Assembly: GCA_963675745.2 (NCBI GenBank)
Contig: CAXXWX010000002.1
Coordinates: forward strand, 55,374 to 119,373
Origin: Phycisphaerae bacterium
GTDB lineage: Bacteria; Planctomycetota; Phycisphaerae; UBA1845; Fen-1342
Reading direction: 5' to 3'
DNA: 64,000 nucleotides
The position numbers and the translations under genes were made by a program. The notes under the pieces are model-generated. The model saw nothing but the letters and a program-made list of their open reading frames with translations, was not told where the DNA came from and made no database searches. Below, in pieces: positions 1 to 10,835 of this stretch. How positions within the stretch are numbered: position 1 is the first letter of the stretch; each line of letters starts with the position of its first letter.

Positions 1-240
1 GCGCCCGGTGCATATCCAACGAACGTGCCCTGACCCACCGGTCGATTTTCCGTGTCATCGTCGTCACGACACGTTCGCGAGAAATCCGGCGCATGCTGAA
101 ACCAGCGCGCGTTCGCCCTCGGACGACGCCGAGTGCATAATGTGCGCGTCCGCAACGCGCTGGGACGACCACGCCGCCGTCTGTTAGAATAGTGCGCTTG
201 TTCAACCTGTTTGGGATATCAACTCGCTGGGAGACCGCAG

Positions 241-1902
<1,662 letters not shown>

Positions 1903-1905
<3 letters not shown>

Positions 1906-1925
1906 AGGTTAGAGGTTAGAGGTCA
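1903..1925. repeat. Heptamer tandem repeat (TAGAGGT)x3 between convergent genes
   Basis: Seen directly; the first copy contains the mutase stop codon. Confidence 0.8.
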
Positions 1926-1955
1926 GTAGTCTGCGGTTCGCAGGCACGTTGTGGT

Positions 1956-4900
1956 TTATGTGGTTTCGCGCTTGCCGTGGGCGCTGAATAGCATGGCGGC
2001 CAGCCACACCAGCACAAACGCCGCCCCTCCCGCCGCGGCAGCGCGACGGTCTCGATCCTGCCCCGCCACGACCTGATGATGAAACGCGGTGTCCGGGGGC
2101 GGGATGCGATCGGGGTCGGTGGCCGAACGGCGCATCTCGGACAGTTCGGTATCGAGACGATCCAACTGCGCTTCCAGTTGAGATTGCTGCTTCTCGAGAA
2201 CCGCCAGCTCCACTTCGAATTGCCGGCGTGCAAGTAGTTGCTGGTCAACAGCGCGCAACGCGTCAACGGCGTCGGCGAACTCGATCAGCCAACGCTCTCG
2301 ATCATCTTCCAACGCGCGCAAGGCGTCGCGCTCCGCCGTCACGCGCAACGCGTGATCATCGGCCGCCCGGCGATCGGCGGCCACCTGCAACTGATCCATC
2401 ATCGCCTGCGAACGCTGGTTCAACCGCCCGCGCAAACCGCGAATCTGGTGATTCTGGGCGTCGAGCTCGAAGTTGTCCTTGAAGCTGACGGCCTTGACGG
2501 CGTTGGCCAGCAGCGCGGCACTGTCGGCGAACTGACGCGTGTCGCTGCGCAGCACCGCCGCCACCACGATATGGCGCGTGCCGCCGTCATCCTGCGCACT
2601 CAGCGTGGTCGCGTGGGCCTCCATGCGCTCGGCGAGCCCGCGGGTCTCATCGACGACACCGCCGACCGCCTCGATCACGGCGTTGTGCAGCGTGACCAGA
2701 TCGGCGGCGTCTTCCGAAACATCCAACGCTTCGAGTTGCCGCTGCCAGACCGGCAGAGCCTGCACGAGCGTCTCCAGCTCAGTATCAACGCGTTCGGCGT
2801 CAAGCTGGGCATCTTCCAGAACCGCGCGAACCGACGGGGGCGGCTGCAAATCGCGCTGTTCGACCACGGTCGCCAGCAGCGTGCGCGAAGCGGCCCGCGC
2901 TTGCGCGGCCGGCTCCGCCAGCATCAGCAGCGCCACGCCCAGCTCACGCTGATACTGCCTGGCCGCCTCCGCAAACTCCTTCAGATCCTGTTGGTAAACG
3001 GCATCAGCCGCCAGCGCGCGCTCCAGAGCGTCGGCATCAATCTCGCCGTGCGGCAGTTCGGCCTCAACCGTCTGAACCTGCTCGCGTTGCTGGGCGATGC
3101 GCGCGCCGGTGGCCGTATAGGTTTCCCGCAGGCGCGCCACATCTGCGGTGCGCGCGTCGTGGTCATCGGCGACTGGCAGGCTCTCGAGTTGCGTGTTTAC
3201 CTCCGCCATACGTTCGGTCAGCGCCAGCAGCTCCGCGGCCACGCCGACCCGGCGAACGCCCAGATCCTGGTAAGCCGGCGGCAGTTGCGGCTCGGACGGA
3301 GCGTTGTTCACGGCTGCCACGTAGCTATCCACGAGCGTGCGAAGCAACAGCGCGTTTTCGCCGGGATTGGGCCCCGTGGCCGCAACCTCGATCGCCGTCT
3401 GCCCAGGGATCGGTTGAGCCGAGATCGCCCCACGCGCTGCGTATGACTGCCAAAGCTCGGCCGCCCCGCCGTCCAGCACAGCGGCCACACGCTCTGAATC
3501 CAGCAGAGCCACGGCATGTTGACGCGCGACCAACGACGCGTCTTCGCTCTCAGTGGCAATCTCGATTTCGAGCGAGGTGCGCGTTGAGCTTGGCTGAGTC
3601 ACCCATACCGCCACACCAGCGCCGACCGCGGCGATCGCAGCGATGGCCAAACTGCGCAGCCAGAACCGCGGCGGCCGGGCGGCAGCAGCCCGCTCGCGCG
3701 CCATAATGGCCGCGGTTTCATACTCGGCGATCAACTCCTCGCGCGCACGCGTCAGCTCAGCCTCGCGCGCGCGCTGGGCCACCTGCCGACCTTCAAGCTC
3801 CTGCAAATGGAGGTCGAGCCGCAGCTCGGCCTGCCGCGCTTCGGACTCGCGCGCCTCGAACTGGGCCAGTTGTTCCTGGAACTGCTGTTCCCGATTTGCC
3901 GCCTCTTGCTCGCGCTGTTCCAATTCCCCGCGCTGCTGTTCGAGGATGCGCCGCTCAGCCGCCACCTCGTCCGACGCGCGCGTCAGCTCACCGCGGCGGG
4001 CGCGCGTTTGACGCCACTGCTCGGCCAACTCGCGACGCTTGTCGCGCATGCCGGCGCGCTCCGATTCCAGCCGCTCTTCGTCGGCGTCCAGCCTGGCTTC
4101 CCGGTGACGCGCGGCCTCGCTCGATTCGGCTTCCTGTCGCCGCACGCGCTCCGCGAATTCGGCCTCCTGGCGTTCGACTCGCGTACGAAACTCAACCTCG
4201 CAGCGTTGGGCATCTTCGCGAATCTGGGCTTCCAGCTTGAGCGCGTCTTCGCTCAGCGACTCTTCCTGGCTGCGCGCGTCCGCTGCCAGCCGCGCCTGCG
4301 CGCGGCGCTGGGCCTCTTCGAGCTCGGTCCGACGCCGACCGCTCTCCTCGTTGAAGCGCGCTTCGGCTTCTTCCAGGCGCGCCTCGCGCGCCTTGAGCTC
4401 GCTGTGCAGCGGCTCGGTTTCGGCGGCGAGCTCATCCAGCATGCGCTGGCGGGCCTCAGCTTCCTGCTCAGCCAGCTCAAGCTCGCCGCGACGCGACTCG
4501 AATTGCTGCCGTTCCTGTTCGAGTTGGTGCTGCTGAGCGGCCAGGTCCTCGCGCTGCTGCGTGATTTCATTGCGGGCTAGCAGCAGGCGGCGTTGCAGCT
4601 CCTGCTCGAGCTCCTGATGAGTCGTGACCTTGCGGCTCAGCTCAGCCCGGTCGCGCTCACGGGCTTCATGCAGCGCTTTCTTGCGCTCCTTAAGCCGGCG
4701 AGCGGCTTCGACCAGATTGGCTTTCTCGCGCTCCAGGCGTTCAGCTTGTGCGCGGAGCTCGACATTACGCCGTCTGATCGCGGCGCGGTGCCGGTCGATA
4801 TCAACGGCCCTGGCGGCAAGCTGCTCTTCACGTTCCTGGAGCCGTGCGCGCGCCTCGGCCAGTTCGGGATGTGAGCCCTCACGCACGCTCGACACGACGC

Positions 4901-5120
4901 GCGCGTGCTCCTCATCCAGCTCGTGCTCGCGCCGCTGCACCGCCAACTCGCGCTGGGCCAAAGACGCCAATCGCTGCCGGATTTCCGCGACCAACGGACC
5001 GAAACGGTCACTGCCGGGGCGTTCCGTCCGCGCAGACTCAGTCTTCGGCGGTGATGCAACCTGCGAGGCCGGCATCTCGCGGCGTTCGGGAGCCGGGTTG
5101 TCCGGGGAGGGGGTGGTCAT
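1956..5120 (-). CDS. Giant coiled-coil membrane protein; C-terminal half has Wzz/GumC (polysaccharide co-polymerase)-like two-TM topology
   Basis: About 490 aa E/R/Q/A-rich heptad region, TM (LAIAAIAAVGAGVAVWV), ~500 aa second helical region, C-terminal TM (AAGGAAFVLVWLAAMLF). Start uncertain (5120 or 5183). Confidence 0.75.
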   Translation of the reverse strand: MTTPSPDNPAPERREMPASQVASPPKTESARTERPGSDRFGPLVAEIRQRLASLAQRELAVQRREHELDEEHARVVSSVREGSHPELAEARARLQEREEQLAARAVDIDRHRAAIRRRNVELRAQAERLEREKANLVEAARRLKERKKALHEARERDRAELSRKVTTHQELEQELQRRLLLARNEITQQREDLAAQQHQLEQERQQFESRRGELELAEQEAEARQRMLDELAAETEPLHSELKAREARLEEAEARFNEESGRRRTELEEAQRRAQARLAADARSQEESLSEDALKLEAQIREDAQRCEVEFRTRVERQEAEFAERVRRQEAESSEAARHREARLDADEERLESERAGMRDKRRELAEQWRQTRARRGELTRASDEVAAERRILEQQRGELEQREQEAANREQQFQEQLAQFEARESEARQAELRLDLHLQELEGRQVAQRAREAELTRAREELIAEYETAAIMARERAAAARPPRFWLRSLAIAAIAAVGAGVAVWVTQPSSTRTSLEIEIATESEDASLVARQHAVALLDSERVAAVLDGGAAELWQSYAARGAISAQPIPGQTAIEVAATGPNPGENALLLRTLVDSYVAAVNNAPSEPQLPPAYQDLGVRRVGVAAELLALTERMAEVNTQLESLPVADDHDARTADVARLRETYTATGARIAQQREQVQTVEAELPHGEIDADALERALAADAVYQQDLKEFAEAARQYQRELGVALLMLAEPAAQARAASRTLLATVVEQRDLQPPPSVRAVLEDAQLDAERVDTELETLVQALPVWQRQLEALDVSEDAADLVTLHNAVIEAVGGVVDETRGLAERMEAHATTLSAQDDGGTRHIVVAAVLRSDTRQFADSAALLANAVKAVSFKDNFELDAQNHQIRGLRGRLNQRSQAMMDQLQVAADRRAADDHALRVTAERDALRALEDDRERWLIEFADAVDALRAVDQQLLARRQFEVELAVLEKQQSQLEAQLDRLDTELSEMRRSATDPDRIPPPDTAFHHQVVAGQDRDRRAAAAGGAAFVLVWLAAMLFSAHGKRETT

Positions 5121-5358
5121 ATGTTGCGTAACGCGGCTCGGCGTGGGGGCCGCAGCTCCTGTGCCGCTTCGCCGATCGAACACCGACCGGGATGTCCCTG
5201 TCCACCCCGCGCGTTCGGATTATTGTAACAATTGCGCATCCGATGGCGAACAGGTCGCGAAAAACAACCCGAACAGCGCCGTCACTCACAGTCCACAGTC
5301 TATTCCATATCGGCATGCACGCCACACGCCTGACCCGCACAGCCGCAAACGGCGAAAC

Positions 5359-5381
5359 CTGTTCCCCGTTCCCTGTTCCCT
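5359..5381. repeat. Heptamer tract (CCYGTTC)x3
   Basis: Same unit as the tracts at 54262-54408. Confidence 0.7.
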
Positions 5382-5398
5382 CCCACAGGTGCGATAAC

Positions 5399-6127
5399 TC
5401 ACACCAGACGCCTGAGCTGGGAAACGGTGGCGCGAAAATCCTTGGGCGGAGGCGCCTCGAACGTGAGACGCTGCCCGGTGGCTGGGTGCGTGAACGCAAC
5501 GCGCAAGGCATGCAGGCTGAGGCGATCGAGCAACGGGCGCTCCTCGCGGCGTTTGCTCGGACGGTAGTTGGACTTGTAGTGCGACAGGACCACATCACCG
5601 CCGCCGCCATATGTCGTATCCACCGTCAAGGGGTATCCCGCGCCGGCCAGGTGCGCGCGAACCTGATGCGGCCGTTGCCCCCACGGCCGACACTCCAGCA
5701 GCGTATTTCCGGCGACACGTTCGAGGATTTTGTATTCTGTCAGCGCTGGCTTACCGCTGCGCGGGTTAACACGCGCGCGCTGGGCGTTGCTGTCGAACTT
5801 CAGTGGCGAGTCAACCTGGCCATCCTGGGCGACATATCCCCCCACCAGGGCCAATTGCACGTACTCCGCCTCACGTTGCTCAAACTCCGCCCGCAACGCC
5901 CGCCGATGCTCGGGCGCGCGAACGTAGAGCACCAGCCCGCTGGCATCCGTCTCGAGCGGCCAGACCAGTGCGCGCGGCCAGTCCACCGGCTGGGGGATCA
6001 ACTCGCGCAGACACGGCCGGCCGGACGCATCGCGTCGAACCTGCACGCGCGGCGGTTTGTCGACGAGCAAGATGTCGCCGTCCTGAAAGTACACCTCGGG
6101 TCGTGCCGGACGCGGTGGTCGCCCCAT
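5399..6127 (-). CDS. RluA/RluD-family pseudouridine synthase homologue with degenerate catalytic motif
   Basis: LVDKP, GKPALTEY, RPHQVRAHLA.AGYPL.VD..YG and LHA motifs present; HRLD replaced by WPLE. Confidence 0.85.
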   Translation of the reverse strand: MGRPPRPARPEVYFQDGDILLVDKPPRVQVRRDASGRPCLRELIPQPVDWPRALVWPLETDASGLVLYVRAPEHRRALRAEFEQREAEYVQLALVGGYVAQDGQVDSPLKFDSNAQRARVNPRSGKPALTEYKILERVAGNTLLECRPWGQRPHQVRAHLAGAGYPLTVDTTYGGGGDVVLSHYKSNYRPSKRREERPLLDRLSLHALRVAFTHPATGQRLTFEAPPPKDFRATVSQLRRLV

Positions 6128-7206
6128 TACGGGCCTCCCGGGGGACGTTGTTCCACGCGAACGCGGACCTGCGGCGGCGGGCCGGCTAGCGAAATGCCCG
6201 GCGGCAGATCGACGCGCACGTCCAGCGTCGTGTCAACGCCCGGCGAGTCAAACAGGTCACCCGTGATGACCACATGCGCCTCGATGTTCTGACCTTCGAG
6301 CTCCAGAGCGCTGCCCTCTTCGCCACGCACCTTGAGCTCCTTGATCAGCCATTCGAGCGGCTCGACTTTGACAATCTCGTACTGCCCCTCGTTGTAACGC
6401 TGCCAGATGGCCGGCGAGAAACTCATGCGCACCGGTAGATTTACCGGCACCGTCTCGATCACTCCCTGGCTACGAGCGGCGATTTGCAGCCGTACATTGA
6501 CACTCTGCGGCTCGATGGCGATCACGCTGGTATCACCGAGGCGCAGCGGCATCAGCACGTCGAACGGCGCGGACAGCTCGCCGGGGTCGAGTTCGCCGAG
6601 CTGCGGGCCCACGTTAACTCGCACGGCGCGCGGTTCGACGCCGCTCGAAACAAACGCTTCCCAATTCGAGAGCGTCAGGGTTACCTCGACTTCGGGCGGA
6701 TCGATGCGCGCGTCGGCAATCGTGACCTGGTCCGCCACGACCAGCACCGGCAAACGCTGCTTCACAATGCGGTCGACCCGGAAACGTATGCGGTCGGGGC
6801 GCACATCGCCGGTCACATCCAGCCCCTGCTCACTGACAAAAGCGAGTTGTCGCACCAGGTCCGCGGCATCAACGGTGTAGTCACCGGGAGAAGCCCACGC
6901 ATGCGCGAGTTGCCAATCCACCGGCACAACGGGCTGCCCGGGACTGGCCCGCAAGCGATCCAGCTTGCGGTTCGCTCCGCGCAACGTCACTTTGAAGCGC
7001 GCTGGTTGTGGCTCGACTATCTCGACAACATGATTGAGTGGCGGTCGCGGCTGCAACTCGATCTGCACATCGGTTTCCACGAGACTGGCCTGGTCCGCGA
7101 GAAACCAGATAATGCCGGTCAGGGGAACAACCAGTAGGAATCGACGCACCAGATACCACGCGTTTGACTGGATGCTCTTCGTGTGACGGCCGCTGCCGCG
7201 CGGCAA
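6127..7206 (-). CDS. cdaR: CdaR/YbbR-like protein, probably the C-terminal part of a CdaA-CdaR fusion
   Basis: TM segment followed by beta-rich YbbR-type repeats (VTLRG, IDPPEVEVT, IEPQSVNVRL, LDVRVDLPPGI...PPQVRVRVE). Directly downstream of the DAC gene. Confidence 0.75.
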   Translation of the reverse strand: MPRGSGRHTKSIQSNAWYLVRRFLLVVPLTGIIWFLADQASLVETDVQIELQPRPPLNHVVEIVEPQPARFKVTLRGANRKLDRLRASPGQPVVPVDWQLAHAWASPGDYTVDAADLVRQLAFVSEQGLDVTGDVRPDRIRFRVDRIVKQRLPVLVVADQVTIADARIDPPEVEVTLTLSNWEAFVSSGVEPRAVRVNVGPQLGELDPGELSAPFDVLMPLRLGDTSVIAIEPQSVNVRLQIAARSQGVIETVPVNLPVRMSFSPAIWQRYNEGQYEIVKVEPLEWLIKELKVRGEEGSALELEGQNIEAHVVITGDLFDSPGVDTTLDVRVDLPPGISLAGPPPQVRVRVEQRPPGGP

Positions 7207-8002
7207 ACTGCGGCCCGGTCAACCTGGACTCCAGCTCATGCTCGAGTTCGTCAAGCGACAGGTAACGGGTCAGGCGGCCGTTGTCGGCCAGCGAGATCGT
7301 GCCGGTCTCTTCCGACACAACCAGCACCAGGGCGTCCGACTCGTAGCTCATGCCGACCGCGGCCAGATGTCGGCTACCCAGCGACGCATCGTGCTCGTCG
7401 CTCTCGACCGTGGGCAACTGGCAATTGGCGGCGAGAATCCGGTTTTCCCGCACGATTGTGCCGAGGTCGTGGAGTGGTGTGTTCGGGAAGAAAATCGTGG
7501 TCAACAGGTTCGCCGACAGCTCTGAGTTGATAAGCGTGCCGTTTTCGGCCCAACCCCGCAGGTCCACGCCGCGCTCGATGACAATCAGCGCCCCGTGTTT
7601 GTTGCGTGAGAGTGATCCGGCGGCGGCGACAAGCGCTTTGATCAGGCGTGCCTTGGGGCTGTGGCGCCGCGCAAAACGCACGTCACCAACACGGATAAAC
7701 GCCCGGCGCAGCTCCGGCTGAAACGCGATCAGCGCCGTGATTCCGATGCCGGCGACGAAGAAATTGTAGAGTATGCGCAGCCGCGTCCAGTCGATTTGCA
7801 GCGTCAGTATGCGCACTGCCAGCGTAACGACCAGCAGTACCAGCAGCAGGCGCCGCAGCGGGCGTGTGCCGCGCGTTCCTTCGAGTTTCGCCGCGAACCA
7901 CCAGATGATGAGACCGATCAGCAGGACTTCGACGAGGACCCGCAGCGGCTCGTCCCTGACACTGCTGAGCTGGTGGAAGATGCTTTCGAACATCCCTAAC
8001 AT
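7207..8002 (-). CDS. cdaA: Diadenylate cyclase CdaA/DacA homologue (3 TM + DAC domain); the as-assembled ORF runs on out of frame to 6881
   Basis: FQPELRR, GALIVIER, IFFPNTPLHD, LGSRH.AA.GMS..SDALVLVVSEETGTISLA. Confidence 0.9.
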
Positions 8003-8229
8003 AGTCTCACGATGCAGGCCGCGTCCGAAAAGTCAATGGACGCGCGGATACACGGAACGCCAGACGCAGCCGCCAATGGCTATTGCGACCCGGCCAAGGC
8101 TAAGTTCCGTTTAATCGCGTACGCCGCGGGCCGAACCACTCGCCCACACTGTGGTACAGTATAGGTTGACATGGTCCCCGGCTCCATTGACCGGGGCGCG
8201 ACATTTGCGGACGCCACACGGGGCTGGCG

Positions 8230-8987
8230 ATGCCGGATTGGGCGCAACAGATTGGCCACAACGTCGCCGCGATCAGGCAACGCGTCGCGGAGGCTTGCGC
8301 GCGCGCCGGGCGCGCCGGCGACGAGGTGCGTCTGGTCGGCGTGACGAAGTACGTAGGGCTGGCCGCCGCGCGGGCCCTGTTCGCGGCCGGCGTGCTCGAC
8401 CTGGGTGAGAGCCGTGTACAGCAGCTCATGCCGCGCGTCAGCGCGCTCGGCCGTGCCGCCGCGGACCTTGACGCGCAGGTATCCGGAGACGCCCCGCGCT
8501 GGCACTTGATCGGACACTTGCAGCGCAACAAGGTCAAGTACCTGCTTCCGCAAGTGCGCATCGTACACTCCATCGATTCCACCGGCTCGCTGCGCAAATC
8601 GAGCAGGTTGCGGCCCGTTGCGACATCTCGGTGGAGGTCCTGGTCGAGGTGAACGTCTCTGGTGAAGAGAACAAACACGGAGCCGCGCCTGAGGAACTCC
8701 CCGCGCTGCTGGACGCGCTGGCGGCCATGCCGCACATCGTGGCGCGCGGCTTGATGACCATGGCGCCGCTGACGAGTGATCCTGAAGATGCGCGGCCGCA
8801 CTTCGCGCGACTGCGCGAGCTGCTCGCGGCCGAACGGCGGCGGGGTAGTGTTGGTCCACGCTGCCGGCACCTCTCGATGGGCATGAGCGGCGATTATGCG
8901 GTGGCCGTCGAGGAGGGCGCAACGCTGATCCGTGTCGGATCGGCGCTGTTTGAGGGCTTGCCCGAAGCCGCCAGACTCGCCGACTAG
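8230..8987 (+). CDS. yggS: YggS/PLPBP pyridoxal-phosphate homeostasis protein (1-bp frameshift at ~8582)
   Basis: LVGVTKY, LGESRVQ, WHLIGHLQRNK, HSIDS, then EVNVSGEENKHG, GLMTM, LSMGMSGDY, EEGATLIRVGS. Adding one C at 8582-8583 joins the two frames. Confidence 0.93.
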
Positions 8988-9132
8988 AGCGGTTTCAGTA
9001 ATGACGCGGTGGCTTACACTATCGGGGTGGGGCGGGCGTCTCGCCCGACTTCGACGAAAGCAGTGGCATAGGCGGGCGAGACGCCCGCCCCACCCGCGCA
9101 TGGGCAACGGACTGTTGTTGAAACCGCGCTAG
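8984..9132. mobile_element. MITE-like element with CTAG ends containing an inverted REP pair
   Basis: CTAGAGCGGTTTCA (8984-8997) and TGAAACCGCGCTAG (9119-9132) form a 13/14 inverted repeat; internal perfect 23-bp IR at 9025-9047/9073-9095. Confidence 0.7.
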
Positions 9133-9141
9133 AGTGCCGCG

Positions 9142-9408
9142 ATGTGGAAGGTCGATCTCTTCTATATCTACCGCGACAGCTTGACGGTATTCGTGTCACT
9201 ATACTACGCCCTCACGATCACGGCCGGTGCGTGGCAAGTCGCCAGGGTTTTGCGCGGTAACGACGCCCGCCGGCGGATGCTGCGGATGTATCTGTCGTAC
9301 CAGTTCCTGACGATCCGAGTGCGCCCGCTGGCCGGTGAGTTGTTGCAGATACTGGCCTGGCTGCTCATACTGATCGGAGTCTGGCGACTCCATTTCCCAG
9401 GCAAGTGA
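9142..9408 (+). CDS. Small two-TM membrane protein, hypothetical
   Basis: Two hydrophobic segments; stop overlaps the next start (GTGA). Confidence 0.7.
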   Translation: MWKVDLFYIYRDSLTVFVSLYYALTITAGAWQVARVLRGNDARRRMLRMYLSYQFLTIRVRPLAGELLQILAWLLILIGVWRLHFPGK

Positions 9409-9980
9409 GCCACGGCCATGGCCGATTCGCAATCAACTCCTCCCGACCCGATCGACCCGTCGGCACGCCCGGCGGAGCCAAGCGGCCGGATGCGCCGGCC
9501 GGCAAAGGCACCGATCGGGGTGGAGCAGCCCGCTCTCTGCTGGGCGGCGCGATGCGTTACTTGCAGGACATGACGCGCGATGTGGTCTCGGTCGCGCTGG
9601 GCCGGACGAGCGCTGACCCCGGCGAAACGGCCGAAGCCGGCGAAGGTGACACGACCAGTTCGCGACCACTCGAGCGGACGGATGCCGGGGCGGCACGGCT
9701 CAACCTGTTGCACGGGGTGGCGGAGAAGGTCCGGGGCGCGGCGGACACCTACATCGCGGCCAAGCTCGACGAAATCGAAGCGCGGGTCGACACCAAGCTC
9801 GACCACATCGAGCAGCGCATCGATGAAAAGATCATTGAACTACACGATCAGCTCAGGGAGATGCGCGATCGCGAGCTGCGCCACCGCCTGAGGCTCCTCA
9901 AGCTCACGCTGATCTTCACGGTGCTTGTCGCTCTTCTGTCACTTGTGTATAAATGGGCCAGCGATATGTGGACCAGCTAA
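9405..9980 (+). CDS. Hypothetical protein with 11-residue amphipathic repeats and a C-terminal TM anchor
   Basis: KLDEIEARVDT/KLDHIEQRIDE/KIIELHDQLRE, then LTLIFTVLVALLSLVY. Confidence 0.7.
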   Translation: MSHGHGRFAINSSRPDRPVGTPGGAKRPDAPAGKGTDRGGAARSLLGGAMRYLQDMTRDVVSVALGRTSADPGETAEAGEGDTTSSRPLERTDAGAARLNLLHGVAEKVRGAADTYIAAKLDEIEARVDTKLDHIEQRIDEKIIELHDQLREMRDRELRHRLRLLKLTLIFTVLVALLSLVYKWASDMWTS

Positions 9981-9992
9981 GAGGCCGCCGAC

Positions 9993-10445
9993 ATGATGCA
10001 GCATCTCAACGCCGACTCCGAGGCAATCATCAAGCTCGCCAACCAGATCGCGCGCGAGTACGAACTGGAGTATGTCGGCACGGAACACATCCTCCTGGCG
10101 ATCCTGCGCCACGGCGGTGGCGTCGGGGCGGACGTGCTGAACCACTTCAAGATTGATGAGGCCCGCGCCCGCAGCACGATCGAGGAAATTGCCCGCCGGG
10201 ACAAGGAAGATACGTGGGTCTTTGGCCGTTTGCCCGGCTCGCCGCACTTCCGCAACGTGATGGCCCTGGCGATCGATGAAGCCAAGCAACTCAAGGCGAC
10301 GAAGCTGGCAAGCGAGCATCTTCTGCTGGCCCTGCTGCGTGAAAAGGAGAGCGCCGGCGAGCGGGCTTTGAAGAAGCTGGGCGTGACACTGAAGCTGGCT
10401 CGCGAAGAAGTGCAGCGGCAGCACAAGGCGGCCGCGTCGCCGTAG
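9993..10445 (+). CDS. Stand-alone Clp N-terminal (double Clp_N) domain protein
   Basis: YVGTEHILLAIL and SEHLLLALL repeats; no AAA+ domain. Confidence 0.88.
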   Translation: MMQHLNADSEAIIKLANQIAREYELEYVGTEHILLAILRHGGGVGADVLNHFKIDEARARSTIEEIARRDKEDTWVFGRLPGSPHFRNVMALAIDEAKQLKATKLASEHLLLALLREKESAGERALKKLGVTLKLAREEVQRQHKAAASP

Positions 10446-10489
10446 GCTGGCGGTCAAGCCGGCACCAACGTCCTATAACTATAAAATCA

Positions 10490-10835
10490 AAGGCCGGTGA
10501 CGGCCTCGGGAAGGCTCCCGGCGGAGTGGTACGAACCCGGGCAGCGGAAGCCCACATTTCCTGCCGCACATCCACGATACAAGCACACCTATCCGCGCCG
10601 CACCTTCGGCGGGGGAAATCTTGACGGAATCGCGGGCTGACGGTGGCGTAACACTGAGTTTGCTGGTATGTTACGGGTCTGGTGTCAACCGATGAGAAGT
10701 GCGCGCAGCCACTGGCGGCAAGACGTCTTGTCGGCGAGTGGTAGGGAAAGTATACCCAGTTGCGTGAAGCCAGCGCGACGGGTTTGGGAACTATTGGACC
10801 ACGCGATGTACGTAACGGCGGCACACTAACCATGA
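10490..10835 (+). ncRNA. Candidate structured RNA(s) or long leader upstream of infB
   Basis: Stacked hairpins (AGGCCG-GTGA-CGGCCT; CGGGA-AGGC-TCCCG; CGGCAAGA-CG-TCTTGTCG) and long-range complementarity (GTTACG/CGTAAC). Family not identified. Confidence 0.3.

Noticed and set aside
10491..10567. SRP RNA or a known riboswitch
   Set aside because: Lacks the SRP CAGG..GGAA..AGCAG core and any aptamer consensus I recognise; kept only as an unassigned structured region.
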